Of a stretch of 64,000 bases of DNA, positions 13,301 through 27,690 are shown one piece after another. The notes under the pieces are model-generated. The model was given only the letters and a program-made list of their open reading frames with translations, ran no database searches and was not told the origin of the DNA. Both the position numbers and the translations under genes were made by a program. The DNA is taken from positions 18,338,631-18,402,630 of the forward strand of contig CM119265.1 of assembly GCA_051294375.1 (NCBI GenBank), read 5' to 3'. Each line of letters begins with the position of its first letter. The stretch's first letter is position 1. The DNA is from Paraspadella gotoi (lineage: Eukaryota; Animalia; Chaetognatha).

Positions 13301-15318
13301 GATTTCGTATTTTTTTTGAAAGTTAGGAACAAGGAAGAAAAAAAAAAAAATTATAGGAATAGTAAAACGAGTCGTTGGAATAAAACTTGAAAGACCCCAG
13401 CAGTTACTAACTTTTTTGATATTTGGCCGAGTCACCAGGTCCTTTTAGGAGAAAAAAAAAAAAAGACCAGGAAAAAAATATGACAGGTAAAGTTTAGAAC
13501 CATCGGAAACAAGACGTAAATAACGAGAGGAATTTATGAGCTGAGGGTTTTTTAAAAAAACTCGAAAATCTTTGCACTTTGAACTCTCGAAGAGGTAAGT
13601 CGACGCCGGAGGAAACTGATTTCATGGTGAAGAGGGAAATTCAATAAACGACTCGTTTTTGGTCAACACTCGTGACTCGATTTTTTTTCCTGAGTCAACG
13701 AGAAGAGTTTTTTATTTTTCACCATTATGGTCTATAAAAAGATGGATGTCCAACTATTGCATGTCAGTAGCGAATAAACCAGAGAAAAGATTGCCAAATG
13801 TCGTCGAAGTTGTTATTCACTCTTTTTTAGGACTTTAAAAAATTATTTTGATAATATACATTGTTGACGATTGATATTTTATTAATACTAACCTACCTAA
13901 TTGGTAAAAACCAATATACTATGGTCCAAGATATTGCGTGTTGGATGAGTCAAGATTGGAACCAGTATTGACGACCCATTATTTCAAATGAAGTTTTTTG
14001 TTAAGGATTTACCTAAATTACAGACTAACGAAATTTCTTAGTGCACTCGACGCCCAGATTTATACTGGGGAGTAGTCATGATTTCTGCAAATTTTGTGAA
14101 CTGCGCAATGACATTTAACTCTTAGTACCGAGGAGGAGGAGGAAGGAAGAAAAGGGGAGGAGATGGGGGCATTTGCGAAAGACGAAGAACGGAAGGACGC
14201 AATTCGCCGCCCTCGAATACTTCGTTTAATGATCACGTTGTTGTGATTTGTTGTATAGTTGTTTGTGTCCATGGTCTTAAATTTTTTGTATGCGTTGTTC
14301 ACCGATTGACGTATTCTTTTTTGTTAAACTTTGAATTCATATTATAAATATAATATGTCCATGGTAGACATAGATAATATAAAAAATAAAGCCGATTAAC
14401 AATAATTATTCTATTACTATCTAATTTATCTATATTTACATTTAATGAGACATAAAATTATTTTATTTAAGAATGGGGAGATACACAATTACAAATGACC
14501 ACAAACTGGCATGCCCCCTTTAGTTAAACTTCCACTACATGCGACATGAGTTAAACCAGATGAGTTTGGTCATACTACGAATTGTTGTTTGTTTGTTGAG
14601 GTCCCTTCCCCTACGTTATATTGCTCCCATCTGCTTGTGGACGATCCCTTTTTCCTGAAGTCGCTTCTTTTCCTGGAACTCGAAAGTCGGAAAAAAGAAA
14701 TATTTTTTTCAACCCTATTTAGCTTAAAAGCGTCGTCGGTCGTTGTCCATGCCGGTCCGGATTGGTTTGTACCCGTGCGTGTATGTATGTTCGTCGTCGT
14801 TACGTCATCAATAAGGGAGGAGAGGAAACAAAATATGGGAGGAGCTTTCTGGATGGGTACCGAGTTCGGAAGTTTATTTATGGGTTTCGAGAGTTATTTA
14901 AAGGAAGAGAGTGAAAGGGAGAGTAAAACGAGTGCCCAAGAGAGAGAGAGAGAGAGAGTGAGAGAGAGAGAGAGAGAAAGAGAGAGAAATCGAAAATCGA
15001 AAGATAGTGATGATAAAAAAAGTAGTAGAGAAGAAAGAGAGAAAAACCTGAAAAAATGAGTGGAAACAATTTATAATTGAATCTCTCCTTCTCATTTAAT
15101 CTCTATTTCTTTAGAGTGTCTTGTCTCGTCTGTCTCGTCGGCACGTGATAGGTGGGCGTCATTAGCAGTCGTACAAAAGAAGACGAGTATTTTTCCTTTT
15201 GGTAAACTATGATAGAAACCGTCGAAAATGCGAAATGCTAAGGGGAAAAGAGAAAAAATAAATTAGTCGGAGCAAAATAGATTATTAGAGAAAACAACTA
15301 AAAATGGAAAGGGGACGA
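7976..15318 (+). repeat. Low-accuracy duplicate of about 4995-7950 (probable raw long-read gap fill), including a degraded copy of slit exon 7 at about 10655-10777
   Basis: 8556-8700 matches 5198-5340; 9880-9960 matches 5980-6080; 15230-15318 matches 7865-7950. Dense indels; begins right after the 25-N gap 7951-7975. Confidence 0.85.
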
Positions 15319-16271
15319 GACTACTACCCAAGAACTAAGTTAAAACACTACAAAGGAATTACATAAATCTAAACTAAAAGAGTGAGGGCACGAAAGAGGT
15401 ATGGGAGGTGTTTATATAAAGATAGACTCGGGTAGACTGGGCGGCGACTAAGAAGTCGCAAATGAAAAGGGGGATATAAAAAGGGATCACACAACGAGAC
15501 CTCTTGGGAATTCTCGAGAGAGTAGAGCAGAGAGCAGTCAGAGATCCGAGAAGTATGCAGCGACCGTAGGAGAGAGAGAGGAGCATTGTACGACGGTGGA
15601 CGGGAGAGAGAGGATAAATCAAGTTTCTCTGAGTGGTGGGATCGATCCACAAAACTAGACTATTGTCTCCCACCGTACATCACTTCAAAAGTGTGGGAGA
15701 AAAGAATTGCCCAGAAACTCGTTTCAAATTTGTTTCGAAACATTAAAACGATTTTTTTTTCTGTGAAAATCGTCTTCGATTACTGACGAAATCTTTTCGG
15801 CTCCAAACTCGAGACATAAGTTCTTAAAGGGAAGAGGAAAAAAAGAAAAGAAAAAGTCTCAAGGCCAAAATGAAATATTTCCTCCCTTTTTTTTTCGTTT
15901 TGAAGGTGGTCTGGAATAGCCATTTGAGACAGTCTTTCTCTCTCTCTCTNNNNNNNNNNNNNNNNNNNNNNNNNNNNNNNNNNNNNNNNNNNNNNNNNNN
16001 NNNNNNNNNNNNNNNNNNNNNNNNNNNNNNNNNNNNNNNNNNNNNNNNNNNNNNNNNNNNNNNNNNNNNNNNNNNNNNNNNNNNNNNNNNNNNNNNNNNN
16101 NNNNNNNNNNNNNNNNNNNNNNNNNNNNNNNNNNNNNNNNNNNNNNNNNNNNNNNNNNNNNNNNNNNNNNNNNNNNNNNNNNNNNNNNNNNNNNNNNNNN
16201 NNNNNNNNNNNNNNNNNNNGGTAATGGCGACGGTTCGTTTCTAGGGACGCGTGTTTTGGGGCGGAACTCAC

Positions 16272-16355
16272 CTGGCCAAGTCGAGCGTTTCGTTACACTT
16301 GAAGTCTCTCTCGTGCAAATCCAAAATTTCTTTGTTTCTTAGATGCGGCGGCGAC
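16272..16355 (-). CDS. slit: slit coding exon 6 (D1 LRRCT second half)
   Basis: Acceptor tttctccgacag|; (R)SPPHLRNKEILDLHERDFKCNETLDLA+AG completes the LRRCT (CxxPxxL...FxC); donor |GTGAGT; 84 nt, phase 2 to 2. Confidence 0.92.
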
Positions 16356-16691
16356 CTGTCGGAGAAATTTGTTTTTCGTTATTGCGAAAAAGGTTGGCGA
16401 ATATCGGAAAACGCTTTTTCGTCTATTCTGCTTACTAAGCAGAATGAGCTTAGTATATTACTTAGTCGTACGATTTTAAAAGGTTTAAAAACTACTTCTT
16501 TTTAATTGTGCCCAAGAACGAGTCAACAAAAGGCTCTAAAGGATTTTCACGTGTTTTGGATGAGCAACAATAATAAACGGAAAAACTGACAAGGAATCTG
16601 AAGTATTTATCAAAATGTAAACAAATACGGCAACGAAATTGAACTCTTTCATTCGAGAATTTTCCCGCTTTTCTTCTTCTTTCGACTTTCT

Positions 16692-16821
16692 CTTTTCTTT
16701 TCTTTTCTTTTCTTTTCTATTCTTTTCTTTTCTTTTCTTTTCTTTTCTTTTCTTTTCTTTTCTTTTCTTTTCTTTTCTTTTCTTTTCTTTTCTTTTCTTT
16801 TCTTTTCTTTTCTTTTCTTTT
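16692..16821. repeat. (TTTTC)n pentanucleotide microsatellite
   Basis: Directly visible. Confidence 0.95.
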
Positions 16822-16913
16822 CCGCTGAAATTCTTTTTCGAAAAATTCCGGAAACTCTTTTGACGTACAAAGAATCCCTGTGATCCGAATACCGCCTAGT
16901 CTTTGGCCGTCCT

Positions 16914-16960
<47 letters not shown>

Positions 16961-17136
16961 CCTCTTGCTCCCTCGCTCTTTATCTCATTTTTATACGAGC
17001 GAAAGTTATTATCTGCGGCTGTATCAATTCACGAAGATTTTTGTGAGAAAAAACAGAGCTTCCTCTGTCAGACTCACGATGCGAGAGAAGGGGAACGGCC
17101 GAGTAATGGGAAACAATTGTCAGAGAGAGGAGAGAG

Positions 17137-17214
<78 letters not shown>

Positions 17215-19038
17215 TCTCTCGCGTACTATTTAGCATACACCATTTTCAACCTACTATTATTTGACAAAAAAATGAATTTTTCCCCACAGGACCATTTTAT
17301 GCGACGGACCAAAAAAAAATGACAAAAATCTTTCAAGGTAACTTCGATACTTACTTTTTATCTCATTTTACTATCGCTTCGATAACATTTTTTCAATATT
17401 ACTTTTTATGCGCATATTAAGCGGAATCTCCTCTCATATACGACATCCATCCTTTTCTTTTTATATGTTCTTCTTCCCAGCGGGTTGTTGTTTTTATTGC
17501 GGCCATAAAGCGTCGCCGCTAGACGTCGCTTATTGCGTTCGGTTGTCACTTTCGATGGCCGCCTCGCGTTTCGAAGAAAAGAGCATCGACTTTTCTGACG
17601 TAACGTTCCGCGAGAATCATTTCGCGTTCGCGCCGCGAATAACCGTGGATCGCGGGGGCGTGCCGTCGCGGCTTTGACGTGAGGGAGCGTTTCAATCCAT
17701 TAAGCGGTGACTTTTGTTTTATTTGGTACATCCCAATAAAATTTGATTGACTTTTCTTCTATGTTCGATTAGGTATTATTTTTCTTTATCAATATTATCA
17801 TGGAATGTCGGTTTAGGAACAAATGGACAGTATCTCATTAAATAAAAAAATTACATTATTTCCACTATACTAAGAGAAATTGTTTCTTAGACTTAATTTG
17901 GCGAACCGTCCCTGAAAGTCATGACAATCTCTCGTGATAACCAAACCACATATATACACATGAGCGATCTACCGAAGAAGCAAACTAGTTTAGAAATTTA
18001 AACTTTGACCTCTGACCTTTCACCTTTGATGCACAGTCAGGTCAAAGTCAGTCAGTCAACCAGTCATTCCCCTCTAAGAGTATCGAAAGAGTGACCACTC
18101 ACGCCTCCTCCCGGGGCCACGAACCCTTATTTGGTCAATGAATCAAGGGTCAATCGTAACACATGGTCCGCTCGGGAAGGACAGAAAGAGTCAAGGACCG
18201 ATGAGGAGCGTGCGGGAGGAAGCGTCGCGCGGGGAACAACAAAAGTCTTAAAACGTCGCAGAAGAAATAAGTTGGAAGAAAATCGCGCATTCGAAGTTAA
18301 GATCGGAGATCGAGAGTGAGAGAAGAATCGAGGCATTAACTTGGAATAATATAATGAATACGATGTTATGAAATTAAATGAAGATTATCAGTGGGTGACG
18401 GGCTTTCGTATGTCAATCAGGCCCGCTGCATTCAGATTTTTTGAAAAGTTTTAAATGAGAATAGAGTAAAGGTACTAATTTTAAGTTGTGAAATGACCCC
18501 GGAATTCAACTCCAATAACATTATAACATCAACGTAAAAAACGCAGCCAACATTTCGCCATTGAGAAGCGTGTACGCATATATGTCACGTGACGCATCAT
18601 CCGCAGCTCCCCGCGTCTCGCACTTCTTGCCGTTCGCAGCTTCGGCGGGAAAATTACTTCTTTTTTTTCAAAAAAAAGAAAATTACGACGTTGAGAGATT
18701 TTCAACAGCGACTGTTTTTCTTTTGTTTTTTCTTAAACTTCTTTTGTTTTTTTTTCTCCTCCCTCCCTCTATTCTCTTGTCATCTCTTTTTTCCTACAAA
18801 TTTTCCTTTTCTTTTGGCCCTTCTTCATTTCTTCTCTTTGATGCCCGGAGCGAACTAAGCTCTCACTTCAAAGAAGATGTAATAACTGGTTCGAATTATC
18901 TTTTTTGACTTTTTTCTTCTTTCTTTTTTTTTTTTGGAGGGGCGAATACAATTTATCTCTTTTCTCCCTCACCCGATCTCTCTTCTTCAAAAAGAGAGAG
19001 AGAGAGAGAGAGANNNNNNNNNNNNNNNNNNNNNNNNN

Positions 19039-19773
19039 TATCCGGAAAAACGCTTTTTCGTCTTATTCTGCTTACTAAGCGAATGGAGCTTAGTATATTA
19101 CTTAGTCGTACGATTAAATTATTTTAATTAGGTTTTAAAAATACTTCTTTTTAATTGGCCAAGACAGATTCACAAAAGGCTTAAAGGATTTTCACGGTTT
19201 GGATGAAGCAACAATAAAACGGAAAAAAACTGACAGAATCTGAAGTATTTAACAAAATGTAACAAAAAATCAGGCAACGAAATTGAACTCTTTTCATTCG
19301 GAATTTTCCCGCTTTTCTTCTTCTTTCGACTTTCTCTTTCCTTTCTTTTCTTTCTTTTCCTTTATTCTCTTATCTTTTCTTTCTTTTTTTTCTTCTTTTC
19401 TTTCTTTTCTTTTCTTTCTTTTCTTTCTTTTTTCTTTTTTCTTTCCTTTTCCGCTGAAATTCTTTTCGAAAATCCGGAAACTCTTTTACCGTAACAAAGA
19501 ATCCTGTGATTCCGAATTTACCGCCTATCTTTGGCCGTCCTCCCCCCCTCTCTCTCTCTCTCTTCCTCTCTCTCTCTCTCTCTGCATCCCTCTTGGCTCC
19601 TCGCTCTCTTATTCTCATTTTTATACGAGCCGAAAAGTTATTATGTGCGGCTGTATCAATTCACGAAGATTTTTGTGAGAAAACAGAGCTTCCTCTGTCA
19701 GAACTCACGCATGCCGAGAGAAGGGGAAGCGGCGAGTAATGGGGAAACAGATTGTCGAGAGACGAGGAGAGAC

Positions 19774-19851
<78 letters not shown>

Positions 19852-21655
19852 TCTCTCGCGTACTATTTAGCATACACCATTTTCAACCTACTATATTTGA
19901 CAAAAAAATGAATTTTTTCCCCCACAGACATTTTATGCGACGACCAAAAAAAAATGACAAAAATCTTTCAAGGTAACTTCTTATACTACTTTTTATTCTC
20001 ATTTTACTATCGCTTCGATAACATTTTTTTCAATATTACTTTTATGCGCATATTAAGCGAATCTCCTCTCATATACGACATCATCCTTTTCTTTTATATG
20101 TTCTTCTTCCCAGCGGGTTGTTGTTATTTTGCGGCCATAAAGCGTCGCCGCTAGACGCGTCGCTTATTGCTTCGGTTGTCACTTCGATGGCCGCCTCGCG
20201 TTTCGAAGAAAAGAGGCATCGACTTTTCTGACGTAACGTCGCGAGATCATTTCGCGTTCGCGCCGCGAATAACCGTGGATCGCGGGGCTGCCGTCGCGGC
20301 TTTGACGTGGGAGCCGTTTCAATCCATTAAGCGGTTACTTTTGTTTTATTGGTACATCCCAATAAAATTTGATTGACTTTTCTTCTATGTTCGAATAGGT
20401 ATTATTTTTCTTTATCAATATTTATCATGGATGTCGGTTTAGGAACAAAATGGACAGTATCTCATTAAATAAAAAAATTACATATTTCCAATACTAAGAA
20501 AATTTTCTTAGACTTAATTTGGCGAACCGTCCTGAAAGTCATGACAATCTCTCGTGATAACCAAACCACAATATTACACATGAGCGATCTACCGAAGAAG
20601 CAAACTAGTTTAGAATTTAAAACTTTACCTCTGACCCTTCACCTTTTGATGACACAGTCAGTCAAGTCAGTCAGTCACCAGTCATCCCCTCTAAGAGTAT
20701 CGAAAGAGTGACCACTCACGCCTCCTCCCGGGGCCACGAACCCTTATTTGGTCAATGAATCAAGGGTCAATCGTAACACATGGTCCGCTCGGGAGGACAG
20801 GAAAGGTCAAGACCGATGAGAGCGTGCGGGAGGAAGCGCGCGTCGCGCGGGAAAACAAAAGTCTTAAAACGTGCAAGAAAAAAGAAATAGTTGGAAGAAA
20901 TCGCACGCATTCGAAGTTAAGATCGGAGATCGAGAGTGAGAGAAGATCGAGGCATTAACTTGGATAATATAATGAATACGATGTTTATTAAATTAAATGA
21001 AGATTATCAGTGGGGTGACGGGCGCTTTCGTATGTCAATCAGGCCCGCTGCATTCAGATTTTTTGAAAAGTTTTTAAATGAGAATAGAGTAAAGGTACTA
21101 ATTTTAAGTTGTAAATGACCCCCGGAATTCAACTCCAATAACATTATAACATCAACGTAAAAAACCGCAGCCAACATTTCGCCATTGAGAAGCGTGTACG
21201 CATATATGTCACGTGACGATCATCCGCAGCTCCCGCGCGTCCGCCACTTCTTGCCGTTCGCAGCTTCGGCGGGAAATTACTTCTTTTTTTTCAAAAAAAG
21301 AAAATTACCGACGTGAGAGATTTTCAACAGCGACTGTTTTTTCTTTTGTTTTTTCTTAAACTTCTTTTGTTTTTTTTTCTCCTCCCTCCCTCTAATTCTC
21401 TTGTACATCTCTTTTTTCCTACAAATTTTCCTTTTCTTTTGGCCCCTTCTTCATTTCTGTCTCTTTGATTGCCCGGAGCGAACTTAGCTCTCACTTCAAA
21501 GAAGATGTAATAACTGTCGAAGTTATCTTTTTGACTTTCTTCTTTCTTTTTTTTGTTGGGAGCGGCGAATAACAATTATAATCTCTTTCTCCCTCACCCG
21601 ATCTCCTCTTCTTCAAAAAGAGAGAGAGAAGAGAGAGAAGAAGAGAGAGGAGAAG

Positions 21656-21692
<37 letters not shown>
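19039..21692 (+). repeat. Tandem duplicate of 16401-19013 (probable assembly artefact)
   Basis: Collinear copy differing mostly by 1-2 nt indels; separated from the first copy by the 25-N gap 19014-19038. Confidence 0.9.
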
Positions 21693-21696
<4 letters not shown>

Positions 21697-21846
21697 ATTA
21701 AGCGTGGCTCTTATCTCTCAAACAAAAAAATAAGGAGGAAAAAATATTAAATATGATAAACATTCGAGGCATCAGTTGTTTCCAAATTTATTATCGACAT
21801 TTTTACCCCAAATATAAAAAAATGGGTTTTCGACTGTCACCTTTAC

Positions 21847-22762
21847 CTCTGGTGCCAACTCTGACGAAACCAAAATAGCTAGATACAGCCTGAATACGAG
21901 CTAGAAATAGCCAAATTTTTTGACAGATTGCTAAAAAAAATAGCTAGATTTTTATCGGCTTACTTGTTATTTTACATGAGAAATTATCGTCTATAGAGCA
22001 AAATAGCATGATTTTATTTACAATTTTAATCTATGAAAGTACACAGAAAACAAATATAACACGTTATTCACGTTCAGCATGCAAGTTAAAAAAAGGTAAG
22101 AACAGTGAGCGATAAAAACGAGTTCTTGAAAAATTTCCTCTACATCTGATAAAACTTGTATTATTTCTTTATCCTCATCTAACTCCTGCTGTTGCATTAC
22201 GGTTAAGTTTTGATCATACATTATTGACTGATTGAAGTTATCCATCATAAGTGGCAGTGGCTTAAAGTTAGCACAGAACTGGCCATTCCCCCTCAGGCCT
22301 TGGCGTATCAATAAGATGGCCTCTACTGCTGAAATAGCAAGCGAGTTGCGTTGTTTATTTTTAACAACGCCAATGATGCTTTAAATATTTTCAACAGTAG
22401 AATTGGAAATGGGTAGACAAAGAAGAGATCCCGCGAGCATTGTTAATTCTGGGAAAAGTTTTTCATCTCCAATTTTTACTTTTGCAACTGCAGACCAAAA
22501 GTCTAGCATTGGAGTGAGTGGACTGGTGCCTTGCACATCGAGAGCAGTGTGACGGAGTTGACGCATTGAAATTGAGGCGAGGAAGACGAGATATATGTTG
22601 TAAAAATGAACAAGCGAAAATATTCTATTCACAAAATAAATTTAATTATTTTTCCCTCTCATGAAATAGATTATGAGCTAGATGCTAAATACGATTATTA
22701 CTAGCTGAACGACTCGAAATATAGCCAGATATAGCTACGAGATAGCTAAGTTGGCACCAGAG
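21847..22762 (-). mobile_element. Non-autonomous (internally deleted) hAT-superfamily DNA transposon in slit intron 5
   Basis: Perfect 14-bp TIRs CTCTGGTGCCAACT (21847-21860) / AGTTGGCACCAGAG (22749-22762); 8-bp TSD ACCTTTAC (21839-21846) / ATCTTTAC (22763-22770), 7/8 match; repeated subterminal TAGCT/TAGCC motifs at both ends; internal hAT transposase fragment. Confidence 0.9.
22100..22570 (-). pseudogene. hAT transposase C-terminal dimerisation-domain remnant (boundaries approximate)
   Basis: ORFs 22381-22632 and 22018-22311 are in one frame: DFWSAVAKVKIGDEKLFPELTMLAGSLLCLPISNSTVENI*SIIGVVKNKQRNSLAISAVEAILLIR matches the hAT FW...FPxL...LxxPxSxxxxERxFS...KxxxRxxL motif. One in-frame TAA at 22381-22383; catalytic core absent. 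Confidence 0.85.
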
Positions 22763-23298
22763 ATCTTTACGCGTCATCGCGACAGCCCGCATTTTCAAGT
22801 TATGTTTTCGCCACGTTTAAATATTCTTGATTCTTTTGTCATTCACAGTTGTAATCAGAAAAGAAAACGTTTACTATTAACAACGTCAACGAAAGCTAAA
22901 TCGCCGAATTTCTAGTCCCCGTCACGTTTGTTTTATCCGAACGAAAGTTCTCAGTTCACAAGTCAGTCTTAAATAAATAAGTTTCATCGAAAAAAGTCTC
23001 GTTTTTTTGTTTACTACAAAATGCAAATGAATTTGAGTGTAAATTATAAGAATAGACAAGACGATTATTACAATTATAACAAATCGCAGAAGTAACGTAG
23101 AGGTTGTATACAATGTGAAATCTAGTAGAAATTGGACTTTTCAGAAGGTTACTGCGTTTTTTCTATCCTCGCTTTCGTATCTTTCTCTCCCTCTCTGACT
23201 TTTTCCTCAAAAGATGATCGCTAACTCGTTCCCTTCGACCGCAGAATGATGACTTCAAGTCACGTGATTTAAAGTTTCCACTCTTTACTCAATGACGC

Positions 23299-23366
<68 letters not shown>

Positions 23367-25155
23367 GAGAGAGAGAGGAGAGAGAGAGCTTTTTGAAGGA
23401 CAGAAATAGGTTTTTGTGTCAATTGGTGAAAATTTATTTATCGACTTTTCTATGAAAGGATCATTTAAAAACGTGTGTCTGTTAATTTCATTATTTTTTT
23501 TCTGGGTACAAACTTTTGGCGTCTGTCATATCGCTTATTCTTTTCAAAACTTTACATCTTCGCTTTTTCTCTCTTGAGATTTTTGAAACTTTTATTTTTA
23601 AACATGTTTTACAAAACAGCGGCTCTAAAAACAAATGTTTACGTACAAACAAAAAAGAACGATTTTCATTCATTATTTAAATTATAGAATTCTACCTCAA
23701 GACAACAAAAAGAATTAGAAAAAAAAGATAGCCCGTAGTTTTCTTTGTAAAGTGTGAAGTCCGATGCCGTGACTCTCAGGGGTGAACTCAAAAAAAGAGG
23801 AAAAAGAATGACAGAAAAAAAAATCACGAAAGTTTAAATTTTTTTTTTTAAATCTCGGGGCAGAGGGGGGGGAGGAAGAAAGGGAAGAACGTAAGGGACG
23901 AGGGAACGAAGGAACGAAGGAACGAAGTAACGAAGTAACGAACGTACAGATAGCGAACGAACGAAATATAGAATTAAGGGATCAAAGAAAAAATATAGAA
24001 AGTAAAAAAGAAGAAAGAGAAAAAACGTTCCTTAAAACGAACCCACTATCCAATGAGTGAACTCTGACAAATCAATCTTAGCTTAGGTTAAATCTTTGCC
24101 TGTCGTTTAATGAACCGTAGACAAAAGAAGACAAACGACGTCATGAATTATTCAATCCGTGGTTAAACTGGTAAAACGCTCGTGTTTTTTTGGTTTTTTT
24201 TTTTTTTTTTTTTTTAAATCTATTTTACAAAGTAAAAAAGTGTAAACAAAGTTTTTTAACCATTTTTTTTATTTTAACGTCTAGAGCGAGAGGAGAAAAA
24301 ATGGGAAAGAATAAAATTAATAGAGCAGGAAAAGTTAAAAGAGAGAAACGCTGTCGACCAAGACGAAAACCAGGTTCGAAATTTCGGCGAATTCCTTCCT
24401 TTTTAGACTTTTAAGAATATTATAATAATATATATTTTATATGTCTTTATCGTTTTTCTTTATCTTTTTATTTGATTTTAGGGTTGGTTTTTTTTTTTAG
24501 AAATTCTTAAAAAAAATTTCTCAAATCCTTTAAAACTTACGTGCGATACAATGGCGTGCAATGCTGGGGTTGTATGTATGTATCACTTTGTTCAATATCT
24601 ACGTTAATAAATTTTTTTGAGATTTTATTACAAATAGATTTCCACATCGTACGGCAGAGAAGAAAGTAAATTAACTTTTAAAAAAAAGGAAAGATTTGAA
24701 ATTTTAATATTTTTCAATTTTTCTATCGGAAGTCGTAAAATGAGGAGAAGGTGCGGAATTTTAAGCGAAGGGAGAATGAATCGTTCCCCCCCCGCCCGCC
24801 CCCCGCCCCCTTCTTTCGTCCTCTTCTCCCCCACGAGAAATCCTGATTTAATGAACTTCCTCTTCAACGAAAAAGTTCATAAAGTTTCGTGGCGTCTTTT
24901 TTGACAAAGATTTTTATCCGCCAAATTTGATAAGTTGATAAAAAGTGACAAACTGTCGAACAAGAAAAAAAATGTTTTTGACAGTTTGATAGGTAACCAA
25001 AAAACACTTAAAAATTCATTATAACACTACTTTTTCTTTAGTTCAGGTACTGTGGTATAACAGGGAAAAAAAACGGTTAACCTTGAAAGGGTTTAACCTG
25101 GATTTGGAATTTTACTTGTGCTGAATCTTTGTACCTCTTTCCGAGAGATTGATTT

Positions 25156-25215
<60 letters not shown>

Positions 25216-25426
25216 ACTAATCATGAAAAAGGTGCGGTGAGTCTAAGTTGTATCCGCGATGGAAAACTTAAAATAAATACAAGAAAAAATAAATATACTG
25301 CGCTAAAAAATTCTGAGATTTGACGATTTTCGCCTCGAAGCAGATACACAAACGAATTAGTTAATCCAAGAATCTTTTCTTCAAAAAGAGCAGATGTGAT
25401 CCCCTCTTTCATATCTTTATTTATTT

Positions 25427-25479
<53 letters not shown>

Positions 25480-26440
25480 TCCCTTTATCACGAAAGAGGA
25501 TCAAAGTATGTAATCTTTGAAATCTGAATTGAATGGCGTTAATCGTTCGCGAAGTGGATCCCGGACGAGAGAGCGAGGATCCAAGAGATTCCGTAAAAAG
25601 ACGCCGACGAATTTGGGGATGAATGCGGTTAGGATGCGACGAAGTGGAACAGAAATTAATGTGGGAAAAAGCGTTAGGGTGCGACGAATGGAAATGAAGA
25701 TCTGCGAGGAAAACAAAATTAGGGTGCGCTAAAGTTGTGAAACTATTTGATGAGAAAAACAACCAAACATTGTAGCGTAAAATCCAAGGTACGAACTATA
25801 AAAGCCTTATTCTTCTTTAGAAATCAGTTAAAAAGAAACGCCGAATATGTATATTTGATAACATTGTTCGAAAACCAATTTTATTTCAAATGCAAAGTTC
25901 TCACTGCATCGTTTTGGACGAGATTCAGCTTTTCGTGTCCGAGCAAAAAGCTCATTAAAACGAAGAGAGGCCCAGACCGGCCGCCGCTACCGCCGCCGCA
26001 GCGGTCGGGTTCACTGGCCGGACAGAGAACACTCTTTTTCCTTCGGCCGTCGTAATCCTGACTCAATCCTTTTTCCACTTTCGGTGATTGAAGGACAGAA
26101 ACATCGGCCAGGGAATGTTTCACAACCACGAGAGACGTTCACCGTCTCGCTCGTGACGAGGGACTGGCGAGTGAAAGGATTGTTCTTGTTGGTTCGGTTG
26201 CTTCACCCGTGAATCGTGATTTTCAAAAAGCCGCGGGACGAAAGAGATGGAATAGATTTTATCGTTGGGACAACGCGACAAAGGATCGGGAAATCGCGGC
26301 TCAATATTCAAAAAACGAGACGGAAGATTTCATGAATATTTCGAGAAAATGGGCGTGGTCCGAGGTTAAGCAGAGGAGGAGGAGGAGGAGGAGGAAGATG
26401 TCAGACCGGTGAATCGAAAAACCAGAGGAGGATTAGCGAC

Positions 26441-26487
26441 GAAGGAGTGGATCGAAGGAGTGGATCGAAGGAGTGGATCGAAGGAGC
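26441..26487 (+). repeat. 13-bp tandem repeat (GAAGGAGTGGATC) x3.5
   Basis: Directly visible. Confidence 0.9.
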
Positions 26488-26884
26488 AGCAGCGAGATCT
26501 AATAGGAGCGGTGATTAAACTGAGACGGAAGTCTGTTTGGGGCTGAATGGAGTTGAGTCACGTGGAAGAGAATGAGAAGAAAGATTTAATGAGGTTGAGA
26601 ATAAGAAGAGGGTTATGTGAAAAATGAACGATAAAGTTGACAGCGGTTGAGAACGACTCGTACATGCTGGTAATGCGAAACGGACAGTTGTTGGGGAAAA
26701 GAAAATATCATCAAAATCAGGGGAAGGATAATTCATTTATTAAAATTAAATGAAGGGATTATTTTGTGCTGATTCTTTAAAAATTGGTTTTAAACTTAAC
26801 AATCAACAAAAAATAGTCAAAGATCTAATTTCAATTTAGTTGTGAAAAGACCATGAAATATTGTGATAGAGAATTAGGTTAAGA

Positions 26885-27690
26885 TGAAGGATGAGGAGAT
26901 GAGAATGAGGTTTAGATTGAGGATGAGGAGATGAGAATGAGGTTGAGATGAAAAGAGGAGATTATAATAAGGTTGAGATGAAAAGAGGAGATGAGAATGA
27001 GGTTGAGATGGAATCAGGAGGTGAGAATGAGGATGTGGAGATGAGAATGAGGTTGAGATGGAATGAGGAGATGAGAATGAGGTTCATATAAAATGAGGAG
27101 ATGATAATGAGGTTGAAATTGAGGATGAGGAGATGAGAATGAGGTTGAGATTGAGGATGAGGAGATGAGAATGAGGTTGAGATGAAAAGAAGAGATGATA
27201 ATAAGGTTGAGATGAAAAGAGGAGATGAGAATGAGAAGGGGAGATGAGAATGAGGTTGAGATGGAATGAGGAGATGATAATGAAGGTTGAGATTGAAGAT
27301 GAGGAGATGAGAATGAGGTGAGATTGAGGATGAGGAGATGAGAATGAGTTAAGATGGAATGATAGGAATGAGAAGAGGTTGAGATGAGATGAGGAGATGA
27401 AGAATGAGGTTTAGATGAGGAGAGGAGATGAGAATGAGGTTTATAATCAAGGATGAAGGAGATGAGAATGAGGTTTAGATCGAGATGAGGAGATGAGAAT
27501 GAGGTTGAGAATGGAAGGATAGGAGATGGGAATGAGGTTAAGATGGAATGAATAGAGATGAGAATGAGGTGAGATTGAGGATGAGGAGATGAAAGAATGA
27601 GGTTGAGAATGAGGATGAGGAGATGAGGAAATGAGGATTGAGGAAGATGGAGAAATGAGAGGATGAGGAATGAGGATTTGAGATGAGGAC
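26885..27690 (+). repeat. Purine-rich minisatellite, 30-32 bp unit (GAGGAGATGAGAATGAGGTTGAGAT...)
   Basis: Roughly 25 degenerate tandem units; almost no C on the + strand. Confidence 0.9.

Noticed and set aside
26441-27690. Regular repeats as a possible CRISPR array
   Set aside because: Head-to-tail tandem units without unique spacers, no cas genes, eukaryotic intron.
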